A stretch of DNA of 64,000 nt from Octopus vulgaris (GCA_951406725.2 OX597818.1:144522001-144586000), one strand, 5' to 3'. Counted from the first letter of the stretch, positions 1 to 13,450 are shown. Translations and numbers: made by a program. Notes: generated by a model not told the origin, from the letters alone.

Positions 1-1149
1 ATTTAATGTATTCTTTATACCTTGTTTATTCCTATGAAGTAAATGTGATATCAGTGTGTTCTCCTAATATGTGTTATTTTTGCTTTATTTACTCTGTCCT
101 CTTGTCTTCTTTGGATGTTGTAGAGATGTCGTAAATAAATTCTTTGATGTATCTTTGTGCATAAGCTTCGGTTGGGATTTTTACAACCGGATGGCCTTCC
201 AAGCTCTTAGATCTTTCTAAATAGTAGTAGTCACTGGACATTGTTCTAGCATCATAGGGTTTCTGTTGTGCTGTTTGTGAGGCAGTTCTACAAACTGCAT
301 GTAAACACGTGGTTTTGAAATATATACAATATTTGTTGTAGCTATTGCCGTATGTTAATTACTGCAATGTGCTGTAGCAATAAATGTTACATAAAGTGGA
401 TTTCTGATAAATTATAGTTCAAATATATTGAAGGCAATGCTGCTATATGATGAAACGAGTCTTTTAAATTATGCCTGCAATACTCAAAGAAATTAGGCTA
501 AGTATAACAGATTACATGCATATGTTTGAAACAGATGCATCTTTTTGTAGGTTAATTAAAGGTCTAATTCAGTGCTATGTTAACTATTAATATTAAAATA
601 TTTAAGATGTCTAAATTTACGAGCACAAGTAATATATAAATATTGGTGTGTAGTTGCTTTGTGACCAAATGGTTATGAGTTCATTCTAACTTCACTGCAT
701 TCTGGCCAAGTATCTTTTGGTGTAGTCATGAGTTAGCCGAAATCTTGTGAGTGGAATCTGATAGACACAAACTGTGTAAAGGCTTCTTTGTGTGTATATG
801 TGTTTGTCTTTCATTACTGGTGTGTTCAGTTTCATGTCTTCATGTAAAAAAAACAAAAAGAAAAAAACAAAGTAACTTAGCTATTTGATAAACAAATATT
901 GATAAAATAAATACCAAACTGAAATATATTCTGGTGTCAAATTGTCCAACTTTTAAAGGGGATACCCCAACATGGATTCAGTCCCATGACTGAAGCAAGT
1001 TAAAGCATATACAAAGATTATTTTAAAATGTTCAGGTTTATATATATTCAAGTATACAGTAAGCATATAGTAATTTTTTGTCAGAAAACAATTTGCATGA
1101 TTGACCATTAAATATTAAATTGGAATAATTGGTAAGGTGGTTGATTGGT

Positions 1150-2020
1150 TAATGCGTAAACATTTTAATATAGAGATTGGGAGAGCTGTCTTTGGAGAAA
1201 GTAGTGTTTCTCTGTGTTGCCAACTGAAGGTCTCTTTCTCTGAGTAAAAGGAAGATTGTATGATGCATGCATATGTATGAACAGCAGTACTACATGGTAG
1301 TGAAATGTGGGTCCTCAACGTAGAAGACATGTGAAGGCTAGAGAGGAATGGAACTAGTATGTTCTGCTGGATGTGCAATGTCAGTGTAGATGTGTGACAG
1401 AGTGTGTATTGAGAGAAAAGTTAGGCATAAGAGGAATTAAATATATGCACGTAGACAATTGTATAAAGAAGTGCTGATCACTTATAGAGGATGGACATTG
1501 TGGAAGTAGGAGAGCCAGGAAGATATAGGACAAAGTACTGTAGGCTGATTTCAAACACAGCCTTAGGAAGATGACAGAAGACCAATATATCTGGTGCCTT
1601 GATGTACTCAAGAAGGCCTGACCACCATAGCAGGACAGGTTTAGCATATCCTAAACCACTTTGGTTAATGCTTGTCTGTTAGGAAATTTCTCCCACACCC
1701 ATTTGCATCCTTTCTGCCAGTCAACCATCTCTACCTCCATCTTTCATCCCTTAACACCAATCACCTCTCTATCAACTGAGAGCAGAATAGGCCCACACCA
1801 CTTCCACCTTACTGTCTCCTCCAACCACTTCTTTTATCTGCCTTCTCTATCCATATTGTTCTCCATCATTAACATCACACCTGTCCACTGTCACCTTCAG
1901 TGCCACCACATACCTCCTACTGCAACCCACCCCCCTCTGAGCTTCTCCTATATCTCTCTTCATTTGTCACAATCACCTTTACCCTTCCTGCCCACCCTCT
2001 CCAAAACTCTATATCACCCC
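1150..2020 (+). mobile_element. Decayed RTE-clade LINE, C-terminal RT region plus C-rich 3' region
   Basis: Frameshifted translation resembles VKGRLYDAC..TAVLHGSEMW..RLERN.TSM..WMCNVS..LREKLGIRG, typical of RTE ORF ends. Boundaries approximate. Confidence 0.75.
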
Positions 2021-2024
2021 ACTT

Positions 2025-2448
<424 letters not shown>

Positions 2449-4074
2449 TGCCTTTACTTTTCTGCTTGTTTCACTCATTGACCTACTCTTATACTATCAC
2501 TGCCTTCAAGGCTTTTCATTTTTTTAGTTGATCAGATCTACACTAGTACTTATTTTAAGTCACATATTTATTCTATGGATCTTTTTTTTTTTTTCCAAAC
2601 TGCTAAGATATGGGGGATGCACACAAGCCTATACTCATGGTCAAGCAGTGAGAGGCAAATGCAAACATGTACACACACAGTTACATACATACCCTTCAAA
2701 CATGATATAGTTGCAAAAACTATTTACCATGCTATCGGCAGGAAGAATGGCTGTGATGGGTAAGTCAGTCATTTGAAAAACAATGTATTTACATCTTTAA
2801 AGACAAGGAATATTGGTAGAATATTTCAATAAAAACAGTAATCCAGTGCAAACACAACAGACCTGATATTGTACTATGGGACAGGGAAGAAAAATCATGC
2901 ACTGTTGTAGTGGTTAGCTGTGCAGACAATGTGAACATACCATCAAATGTTCAGGAAAAAAGAGAGTATTTATGGTGAACTTATGTGAAACTTACAGCTC
3001 TTGTACCTTGGCTATAGATTTTCATATGTACCTATCATCATAGATGCATTAGGCTATATAAGTGATTTGTACAAAAACCTAGAAATGCTAGGATTTTCTA
3101 AGAAAGAGCATACATCCTCCAAATCTTAGCAGCACATTTAAAATTTGTAAAACATTTCAAAGATTTTGCTTTTGAGATCATTTATTTGAATATATACACA
3201 CAATCTGTGCCACCATGATGTTGATGATTATGATTTGGCTGTGTGCATCTACAAAGTTATGTAAAAAGTTATCATGCACCCCCATCCTAAATACTGTGTC
3301 TTATGTCCTGTGAGGTGCATACACTTATGTATATGCATGCACTAACTCAAACATGTATTTACAAACCCCTGGAAAATTTCTTAACTAAAGTCTTGTCAGT
3401 TTGTTAGCAACCAGTTTGAAGTCCCTGAAGACATTAAATCTCAAAGAAAACATATACAAAAGCCTTTTCCTTGAATAAACAATTGTGGCAGAGAGAAAGG
3501 AAACTTGCATGCACGGGTAGCTGGTAATGTTTCTCAAAAAATCTTGCTCAGGCCTGCATGTGCAGATGCACTGACAATATTGACCAGTGGAGGCCATACA
3601 TATGTATTCAGTATTTATTATATTATGCAGCTGTAATAATATTTTATTGACCGACTGATTTAAAGCCCATATTACTTTCCTAGGACTTCCTATAAATAAA
3701 GATGCTTTTAGATATAATGATATTATGTAGTCATTTAGTACTGTGATTGTAGCATTGTTCTTTTATGGAAGCCCCATAAAAAGATTGAGCCAACTGTTTA
3801 CTATGTAAATCCTCTCTAACTAAACAACACAAATGATTTACCCTCTGTATATTGTTTTTATATTTCTGTGACTTCTAGTTTTACTGAAGTCAACATGGTT
3901 ATTTTCTCATTCACTCACCATGTTTAGCAACTGTTTGTAATTATAGTCTGTTACATATTTAAAAGACTAGAGGAGTTGTATCTATAGAAATAATTGATTT
4001 TTATTTATGCATCACATTTAGATTTTTGTCTTATTCCATTTTTCCTTTTTGTTTTGTCTTTCAGAATTCCCTGA

Positions 4075-4191
4075 ATGAGAACAAGCATTACATTCAATAC
4101 AGTTGGTGTACTAAAAAAAAGAAAAGGAAAAAAAAACATGGATTACGGAATGGAAGATGGTGTATTGTTTGTTAGAAAGTCTAATATATAA
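4075..4191 (+). promoter_or_regulatory. uORF, 38 aa (MRTSITFNTVGVLKKRKGKKNMDYGMEDGVLFVRKSNI*)
   Basis: ATG 4075 with in-frame ATGs at 4138 and 4150, TAA at 4189-4191, inside the predicted leader. Confidence 0.5.
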
Positions 4192-4228
4192 ATAAAATAA
4201 TTTCCTTGAACTGTATAAAAAGTAAACT

Positions 4229-4285
4229 ATGAATTTAAAAATCAGCTTAACAGTTCTGTTGCCAATGAATACAGAATGTCAATGA
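4229..4285 (+). promoter_or_regulatory. uORF, 18 aa (MNLKISLTVLLPMNTECQ*)
   Basis: ATG 4229 (second ATG 4265), TGA at 4283-4285. Confidence 0.45.
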
Positions 4286-4308
4286 TACGGCACTGGCAGC
4301 CTCCTTGA
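4276..4308 (+). promoter_or_regulatory. uORF, 10 aa (MSMIRHWQPP*)
   Basis: ATG 4276 and 4282, CCT CCT TGA ending at 4308, 60 nt before the main ATG. Confidence 0.5.
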
Positions 4309-4368
4309 AGTTTGTGTTTTAAGAATTAGAGCAACTCTACTTGTATTTATTACACATAAACAAACAGC

Positions 4369-5373
4369 ATGTATAGCAGACGCTGTTTTGTTTGGTTAAA
4401 AAATAGCCTTCTCTGGAAAAGTAACTTCCGAAAATGTTCATTGACAAAAATTCTGATAGCCTTGTTCAGTCTATCTTCATTAAGTTTTCTTGCATATCAA
4501 TGTCTTATTGATCATTCCCATGTGAAAAGGCATGAAATTCCAGTCTCTACAATTGAATGTCGCTTAAATCCTGTTAGTGGAGGTATGTTTAGTCCTAGTG
4601 ATCATTCTTCTAGCAGTAATCATCGCATAGACAACAAAGTTCTTGTCATCGTGGAAACTCAGTATTCGTATCTTGGACAGGATATCATACACTTATTGGA
4701 AGCGATACGGGTAAAGTACAAAGTTGAACCCAATGGCAAAACCTTGCCCTATTTAACTCATGGAAATAAAGGGAAATACAGTGCTATTATATTTGAAAAT
4801 TTTGATGCTTATGTTAATATGGATGCTTGGAATAGAGAATTACTTGACAAATACTGTCGGGATTTTAATGTAGGAATTATTTCTTTTGTTGCAAGTCGGG
4901 ATAATATAGCCTATTCGAAACGAATGAAAGACTTTCCTCTCACAATTTACCAATACATGGCAATCGAAGATTACGAACTTAATCCAATGTCAAATATTTG
5001 GCGGATCACACGGCCTGGAGAAATAATTCGTGGTCCTTTGAAAGATGATGAGTGGGTCATTTTCCAGTTTGAACATGCTACTTACAAGCCACTTTCTTAT
5101 GCCAAACTGTCAAGGAATTACGGACGCTATATTGATCTTTCTGGTAATACTGTCTTTCCAGCTATCCAAGATTTGGGATTGCTGGATGGAATACAGAAAG
5201 TTATTTTTGGAAATGGATTGAGGTTTTGGCTCCATTGCCTTGTGTTTCTCGATAGTTTATCTTATCTTTCACACGGAAAGCTGAGTTTACCTTTAGATCG
5301 TTATGTTCTTATTGACATTGATGATGTATTTGTTGGAGCTGCTGGCAAACGGATGAAAGTATCTGATGTTCAT
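4369..5373 (+). CDS. NDST: NDST (bifunctional heparan sulfate N-deacetylase/N-sulfotransferase), first coding exon, aa 1-335
   Basis: Type II membrane anchor (ILIALFSLSSLSFLAY) followed by NDST family motifs KVLVIVETQYS.LGQDI, YVNMDAWNRELLDKYC, GIQKVIFGNGLRFWLH, LSLPLDRYVLIDIDDVFVG..GKRMKV.DV. Similarity ends at CAT|GTGAGT (donor 5374, phase 0). ATG has A at -3. Confidence 0.96.
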
Positions 5374-5649
5374 GTGAGTATATCAACTTATTCTTTTATT
5401 GGTTTTAATCATTGAACTGTGGCAGTACTGGGATGTGGCCTTCAAGGGTTTTAATTGATCATATCAATCCCCTGTTCTTATTTTGCTCTGGTACTTATTT
5501 GATCAAACCACTGATTTATGGGACCTAAAGGGAGATTAAAATAATCACAACATCACTTTTAAGCAGCATAAACAGATGGGTTTCAGTACATTTCTGTTTT
5601 CCAGATTAAACCCACAAAGCATTGGCTGGTTTGGGGTAAACACAGACAC

Positions 5650-5687
<38 letters not shown>

Positions 5688-5691
<4 letters not shown>

Positions 5692-5870
5692 TCATCATCA
5701 TCATCGTTTAACGTCCGTTCTCCATGCTAGCATGGGTTGGACAGTTCGACCGGGGATCTGGGAAGCCAGAAGGCTGCACCAGGCTCCAGTCTTATCTGGC
5801 AATGTTTCTACAGCTGGATGCCCTTCCTAACGCCAACCACTCTGTGAGTGTAGTGGGTGATTTTTACATA
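5688..5870 (-). mobile_element. (GAT)n-tailed retroposon 3' end (RTE-related tail family)
   Basis: catcatcatcgtttaacgtccgttctccatgctagcatgggttggac...ggatgcccttcctaacgccaaccac; similar copies near 6090, 7795, 11330, 26901, 32887 and 47121. Confidence 0.8.
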
Positions 5871-5871
5871 C

Positions 5872-6032
5872 AACAGGCTTCTTTAAGTTTCCATCTATCA
5901 AATCCATTCAAAAGGCTTTGGTTGGCTTGAGGCTATAGTAGACACTTGCCCAAGGTGCCATGCAGTGTTACTGAACCCAGAACCATATGGTTGGGAAGCA
6001 AGCTTCTTACCCCACAGCTACTCCTGCACCTA
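5872..6032 (-). mobile_element. tRNA-derived SINE head
   Basis: Reverse complement of the 44470 family (ggctgtg.ggtaagaagcttgcttcccaaccatatggttctgggttcag...caccttgggcaagtgtct). Confidence 0.75.
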
Positions 6033-7794
6033 TGCTGTTAGCATAGTGGAAACAATTTAGATCTGATGGTATTATATGAAGATGATGATGATCATCATTT
6101 AACATCTGCTTTTTGTGCTGGTATGGCCTGGATAGTTTGACAGGAGCTGGTGGGTCAGAAGACTGTGCCAAGCTCGACTGTCTGCTGTGGAATGGTTTCT
6201 ATGGCTGGACGCCCTTTCTAACACCAACAACATTACAGAATATATTGGGTTTATTTTATATAGCATCAGCAAATGACTTAAATGGCATGACCTCTTAACT
6301 GAACAGGGAGTGGTTTTGAGTGAAGTGGCTTTGTGCCAGTTGATGAGAGATTAGAATATAGAGGGATAGAAATAAGTGTCTTCCAGGAAAGTAGATACAG
6401 GGCTACTTTAGAAGGAATGAAAATGGTGAAGATGTGATGGTGGGGAGTACATTCAAGTTACTGGGAGGTGTATATAAGTGGAACCAAAGATTGGATAGGG
6501 TGAGTGGATCTGAAAGTCTGCAAGATTGGTGGCGGGTAGGAGGAAGGGATGTAGTGAATGGACACAAAAAGAGGGGGGGGTGTTAGGAGGATATGTTGCG
6601 GGGGGGGGGGGGTTCAACAAAGATATGTTGCATGCAGGTGGGTTCATGGGGGTGGGTGGGTTTAATGGGAGAGTTGGAGGTAGAGGGGAGGGGAATATAG
6701 CAAGTGGGGGATAGGGAAGGTGTGAAGAAGATCGGTTGTGAGGGAGAGGTTTGTCATGAAACAGTCTTTTACAAAATTGTTTTGTCATTTCATTTGGTTA
6801 ATAAATTAGATTGTCAAAATCTGTTTTAGTTACATATTCTCACCACACACACTTGTGTAAATTGGCGTTTGTAATTACTGGTATTTTCCCTGCTGATCTA
6901 TTTGTATTGAAAAAAGAAAAGACAGAGTTTGATGTATAGGGCAGAATTACGACCAAAATGTTACAAGAATCTGAGTAGTTAGATCAGATGAATTCTAATG
7001 GCAATTTAAATAATTCATTAGAAATTTTTTAATGAATTAGACATTAGTTAAATGTCTCAATCAACATCCAAACATATGTTTAAAAAGAAGCAGAGTTCTA
7101 AAATCTAATTAAATCTAATTTGTATATAAAAAAAGTTGCTAATTAGATTTAAAGAATGTCTTTTCATTGGCTCCTTTTCTTATTTTTCACCTATTTCTTT
7201 ACACTTGTTTCTTTTCTGCAGTTTTTTTAATGAGTTTTTTTCATATGTTTTCTATATGGTTAATGTTTTGAAAAATATGTCAAGTGTAAGAATCTACATA
7301 ACTATTCCATTTGTGCAAGCATATAAAAAAAACAAACCCAAATTCTTTGATGTGTATAAGTTCTTTCGTAAACATATGTATTAAATCTAACTAATTAACC
7401 TTGTGTTATTTTTCATCACCATTACTGAAACTAGAGAAAAAAAATAAACATGTTGTCTCAATAAAAAAAAAATCTTGGAAGTAATAATAAATATATGGTT
7501 ATATTTAGGAGTTTGTTATGCAAATAAGTGGTTTTGTTATTTGATGCTACTTCGTGGCAACTTGGGCAAGAATCTTTTGCTTTGAGCTGATCATAAATAC
7601 ATTGAGGGAAATTTGAGCTGATCATAAATACTTTGATGGAAACTGAACAGAAGCCCATCGTTTTGTGTGAGACCATGTTTACATGCATGTAAATATGTTT
7701 GTCTCTGCATGTCTTTGCACAGTTACCATTTGGGCATCAGTTACGTTTGGCAGTTTGCTTGAAAGTAAGGGTTGGCATTAAAAAGGATATCTAG

Positions 7795-8775
7795 CTCATC
7801 GTCATCATCACCATTTAATGATTGTTTTCTATGCTGGCATGAGTTGGACGATTTGACAGGAACTGGCCAGTTGGAGAGCTGCACCAGGTTTCAATTGTCT
7901 GTTTTGGCATGGTTTCTACAACTAGCTTCCTAATACCATCCACTTTACAGAGTGTACTGATTGCTTTTTATATGGCGCCAGCACAAGAGCTTTTGATGTG
8001 GCACCAGCACGGGAGCTTTTTGTGTGACTTTGTACATGGTGACAGCACAGGTGCCTCGTATGTGGCACTGGCACAGGTGCCTTGCACATGGCACTGGCAT
8101 TGGTGCTTTTAACGTGAAACTAGCACCAGCAGGGGTCACTAAGTAGTTTGCAAGAGAAAGACCCCCACTGCTGAGAGAGGGAGTGGAACCAAGAAAAGTG
8201 GCTGTGTGTCAATGAGAGGTTGGAGTTTGATAGAGAGACAGGGATAAGGGAGGATATGGGGATGGGAGAAAGTTAGATGGATAGAGAGAGAGGGGGGGCT
8301 ACCCACAGAGAACAGTAGGGTGGGAGTAAAAGTAGTACTGAGGGGACAGAGGAGATGTTCCATAAGAGTGTGAGAGGAAACATTTAGAGATAATAAATGA
8401 TGGTGAGAGAAATTGGAGTGGCTGGGAGATGAGTATGTATAGGTGTATGAGGAAGAGTGGAGGGGCCTGTAGTGGGTGGTGGGAGTGTAGGTGAGATGGG
8501 TTTTGGGGGAGTTTTGCCAGATGGCAGAATTATGTGAGGGGAAGGAGTGGTGGTATGGCCATAAAGGACATGCCTTCATATATGGATGGCTGTAACTTTA
8601 GCTTGATGTGTCTTTTCAAGCATAGCAAATTGCCAGAAGCCTTGATCCCTTGTCATCTCTGTGAGGCTCAACATCTGAAGATCATTTCTCACCATTTGTC
8701 CCATGTCTTCTTGGGTCTGCACCTTCCATAGGTTCCCTCCACAATTAGAGATGAGCACTTTATGTAGATGTCCTC
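7795..8775 (-). mobile_element. RTE LINE 3' portion: ORF end, purine-skewed spacer, (GAT)n tail
   Basis: Minus strand 8590-8775 gives RPKKTWD / VRNDLQMLSLTEMTRDQGFW across a frameshift, then a skewed region, then the tail family ending near 7795. Confidence 0.7.
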
Positions 8776-11329
8776 AAACCCATGCCTGCATGGAGAAAGT
8801 AGATGTAAAAACAATGATAATGAACATTGTAAGCTGTGGGGAATTACATATTATCAGTTGCTAAATGACCGCAATAGTTTCGGTGCCTTCTAAAACTATA
8901 GTGTCTTACAGTTTCACCTAGTAGAATTGACACTATCAGTGACTTGGTATTTAGATCCAAAACAAAGCGTATTGCTCCATCAACTAAATCTTCTATCCAT
9001 GACACCCCCACCCCTAAAAAGAAACAAAAAAAAAAAAACTGTCATTTTCCATTTAAGAGGTTATTTGAGCAAAACAGTTGCTGACTGAACATACAGAATA
9101 ATAGTCCATTAATAACATCTGTAAATCTGTGGAAGTTTGTTGATATTCATTTAGTGTTTTCAGTTATTTGACTGGGCCATGCTAGAGCATCACCTTCAAT
9201 ATTTCTCAGTACTTTATTTTATAAGACAGTATATTATCATATGACTAAGCTTTCTGACACAACACTAATTTGCCTTGGCGATCAATGAAATAAAATTGGA
9301 GTCAGTTTACTCTTGACAGGATTTGAACTCTGAGCATATAGGGCCTGAACAAACACCACGAGGCATTTTGTCTGACAATCTAAAAAGTCTGTCAGTTTCA
9401 CTGGTGTATTTAAAAATAGAACAGAAGCTCAATCAGTGGTAGAGGTTTGATTAAAATGTTTAATGTATAATTTAATTGTATAAATATCTGTGTGTGTGTG
9501 TCTTTTCCAATTATGAGTTTAAAGATCGCCAACATAAGATTAGTTGATTCTTGTGTTGATAAATTGCAAAAGACGTTTTTGTTTTTTGAATTATGTTCGG
9601 TGATGAACTTAATAACTGTCAGAATTGCCCTTTGTGTGAGGTTTTGAGAATTCTGGTTGGTTAATTTTTCCAAAATTATATCATTGTAATTGGGAAAATA
9701 TCTTGCTTGGAAAAAGGTGAAATTGGCAACAGGAAGGGTATCCAGTTATAGAAACCTGTCTCAGTGAATTCTGTCAGATCCATGCAAATATGGAAAAGTG
9801 GTGGTTAAAATGACAACGATGATGTTAGTGTTGCAATATCCATTACATTGAAATTTTTAATTTAAATATGAATACTTTACAGTCTCAGTTTGGTTGGTGT
9901 TAAAAAGGTTAAAGATGTAAAAAGAGGTGGTAAGCATAAATTGTATAACAGAAAACATCTGGATATCTTCAGTTTATATTTCTATTTATTTTCCCCCTTT
10001 GTTTACATAATTTTTGACACTTATAGCTTTAGTTAAACAATGAGGTTTAAACTGCTGTTACTGACTCCAGGGAAAACAGAGACAAGAATGTTTTGTATGC
10101 ATGTGATATTTATATAAACCATTTACTTTATAATTTTGTGTTCAGGTAAACTTAAGTTTCCTGTTCAATTAGTTTCAAAGTCTTGTCATTTTGTTAAACA
10201 GCTTCTCAGAAAAAATGGTCTGCCTCATTATTCTGGGAAGCTCCTTTCATTGCTCCAATATATATAGGCATGGCTGTTTGGTTAAGAAGCTTGCAAGTGT
10301 CTTCTGCTATAGCTCTAGCTCATGCCAGCATGAAAATCAGGTATTAAATGATGATAGTAATAATAGAACAATAACAATACTAAAAATGATAATTTCTATC
10401 TTGTGTAGAAAGTTAGTTCTTTTATGTAAGCATATATACACATATTCAAAAACATTGTTCGGCTCTGGGTTGACCAAAGCCTTGAGAGTTGATTTAGTAG
10501 ATGAAAACTGTAAGCATTGAAAAGAGGATGTTGATTTTACACACACACACACACACACATACTCACACATACACACACATACTCACACATACACACACAT
10601 ACTCACACACACACACACATACACACACACACACATAATATATATATTTATATAGATAAGGATAACATTATTAATTAAAATACTGATCTTATCGGGTGGC
10701 CAGGTAATAATTATTATTAAAATTATAATTAATTAACTCTAAAACCACATTAAATGTGGTTTTAGAGTCAAGTTTTGGCTGCTATATCTAGCATGGAGAT
10801 ATCTCTTAGATACCCTTAATTATAATTTTAAAACTACAGGAGTAGTTGAAAGCACTAATATGAAGAAATAATATGTGATATGTAAATAAATATATATTTT
10901 TACAACCATCCAGCATTCTGAACATCTTTTTTTCTTTCATATGTATTAAATCTGTACATCCCCCCCAATACTTCTAACATATATATATATATATGTTTGT
11001 GTGTACATGTTCATTTATATGTTTATGTATGCTTACTGTAATTATTGTGGTGAGTCTGGACAAAAATACCTTGCAATATCTTGTTACATTCCTGTATATT
11101 CTGAATCAAATTACACTGAGATCAACTGTTGCCTTTTATCATTGATGTAGGTCAATTTAATTTACTATATTTACCTCTAAAATTTCTGGCCTTTGTTAGA
11201 AATCAACATATTATTCTTTCTTCAAATCTTCCTAGAGTTTTTCATATATATTTTACAGAAAAGAATTTGTGACCTTCTACAAAAGATAGAAATTATCATT
11301 TTTAGCATTGTTATTTTTTATTATTACTA

Positions 11330-13450
11330 TCATCATTTAATATCTGATTTCCATGCTTCCATGGGTAACACAATTTGACAGGAGCTGACGAGTTGGAGGA
11401 CTATCTATGCTCCAGTATTTACTTTGGAATAGTTTCTGTGATTGGATGCCCATCTCAATGCTACCCACTTTGCAGACTGTAGTGGGTACATATTGTTTTG
11501 GGCACCAGCACCAGAGATCACCACCTCATAACTTGCAAAACTAAGGGCCTATAATGGCACCTTTTACTGAAGGAGAATAGAAGAGTGGGTATTTATTCTA
11601 GGCAAATGATGAGAGTGGGTAAGGTGAAAGGAACAGATTTATAGTTGTAATAGGGTAGTAGTAGTAGTGGAGAAAATAATAGTTGCAAAGTAGTTAATAG
11701 TTGGGGGTGGGGTGGCAGGGAATAGGGGAGGGGATTTCTGACAGGGATTATACAGAATTGGGAAAGATAGTTGAAAGGTGATGGAATGGCTTGTGTAGTG
11801 AGAGCCTATGATAGTGGCTCTCAACTAGAGTCCATATGGCCCCTGAAGGTCCATATAAGATTTTTGGGGGACCATGCCACAAAATAGTAAATTGGGGATC
11901 TACAATAATATTTTAAGGGGCCCCTGAAAAAAGTTTTGCTCTAGATGTATGTATTGGTATATATTGCAAGAAACAGTTAAGCTAGGTTTCTTTCTCTAAC
12001 ATTTTACATTGTTCAACCTACACCGGAAAAGAAAATAGGAATTTGAAAGAAGTTTCTATAAAGCTAGTTTTTAAACATCAAATGGCTATGGGGGGTCCAA
12101 CAGAATGAAACAGTAGTCAAAGGGGTCCATAGATAAAAAATGGTTGAGAACCTCCGGTCTGGGGCCATCTTTATTCTGAGTATGCCACACAAAAGTGTGA
12201 GTGGAAAGGGGGACATGAAGGGAGCAGTAAGCTAGAGTGGAGAGAAATCCTGAGACAGTCATCGATGAAAAGAAAGTTAGGCCAAAGAGGGAAAGGTGAG
12301 AAAGGTGTGGAGAAGGCAGCAAGAGAAGATGAAGGAGAAGAGTGTGAGAAAGTAGTAAGTCTAGTGTGGGAAAGAGATCCTGGAGAGTACCATAGAGGGA
12401 AGAGCAGACTTGGAATGCTGCAGTGGATTTCCAGATGGGAAGACAGTGCAGTGACCCCAAATAGGAAGGCAGTAGAAAGATGATGGTTAGTGAGAGGGCC
12501 TGGATGGGTGCAGTGAAGGGAAAGAAAAGCTAGGTGGCATCCCAGAGGTGTTAGGACAGTCAGTGAGATAAAGGTAAGAAGTGGTGGGTAGCAACAGCGG
12601 TAACCTGGGAGAAGGGATGGGGAGAAGTAAAGTGATGTAACCGTAAGGTGGGTTTGACAGAGACATATATATATATATATACATACACACACCCATATAT
12701 AATATATATATGCATATATATATACACACATACATATAAATATATGCATATATATATATATATACATACATATAAATATATGCATATATATATGCATACA
12801 TATATATAGCAGCTTCTTACATACTACTCTTATGTTAGGGCGTGTCTCACCCTGGGTGGGATGGTCTTATGTAGCACCACATATCACCATTTAGTACAGT
12901 CGTTTATCTTTTGCATCAGATGCAGCATCCTCAGGTCAGCCTTCACCATTTGCCTCAAGTTTTTCTTGGTCTCCTCCTTTCACTGATTCTGTTGACTTGG
13001 TGTGCTTGGGAATTTCTGTATGCTGCACTTATCTTCCATCTGCATCACTTCCCCATACCAACCCAGCAACCTCACTTGCACGCTGCACCTGATGTTTCTC
13101 TAAGCCTATTTCTACTCTCAGATTCATGCACACTAATATTACACATTCATTTGAGCGTGCTAGCTTTAATTCTTTCTCATCTTTGCAAGTCTTCTGCATT
13201 TACGGTTCATGACTTGCAGCATTGCAATTCTAGTACATGCATCATACATATTCTAGCCTCTAGTATTGCACAATTTACTCTTTACTCTGAGGGAAAAGAT
13301 CTTTGTTGCCAGCAGTGGTAATAGCTCTCTGAACTTTTTTAAACCTGTTCTTACCCTGGGTTCTACACTTTCAGAAGTAATCACGTCCCTTGTTAATTAT
13401 ATTTCTTGGGTAACAAAGTTATCAACCACTTCTAGTGAGCCATCATTCAG
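11330..13450 (-). mobile_element. Decayed RTE LINE 3' fragment interrupted by a hAT MITE and a (TA)n tract
   Basis: Minus strand RVRTGLKKFRELLPLLATK and RRPRKT..VKADL at 12900-13360; same architecture as 7795-8775. Confidence 0.65.
11812..12156. mobile_element. hAT-type MITE
   Basis: Degenerate TIRs TAGTGGCTCTCAAC / GGTTGAGAACCTCCG; reverse-orientation homolog of 30321-30645. Confidence 0.75.

Larger units (their letters stand above)
4065..4368 (+). other. Predicted 5' UTR part of the first coding exon of NDST
   Basis: Long polypyrimidine tract ending ...ttttgttttgtctttcAG at 4064, implying an upstream non-coding exon that I could not locate. Confidence 0.7.

Noticed and set aside
5374-5415. 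C-terminal VSISTYSFIGFNH of the 348-aa ORF
   Set aside because: Intron read-through after the GTGAGT donor; NDST similarity resumes at 20950.
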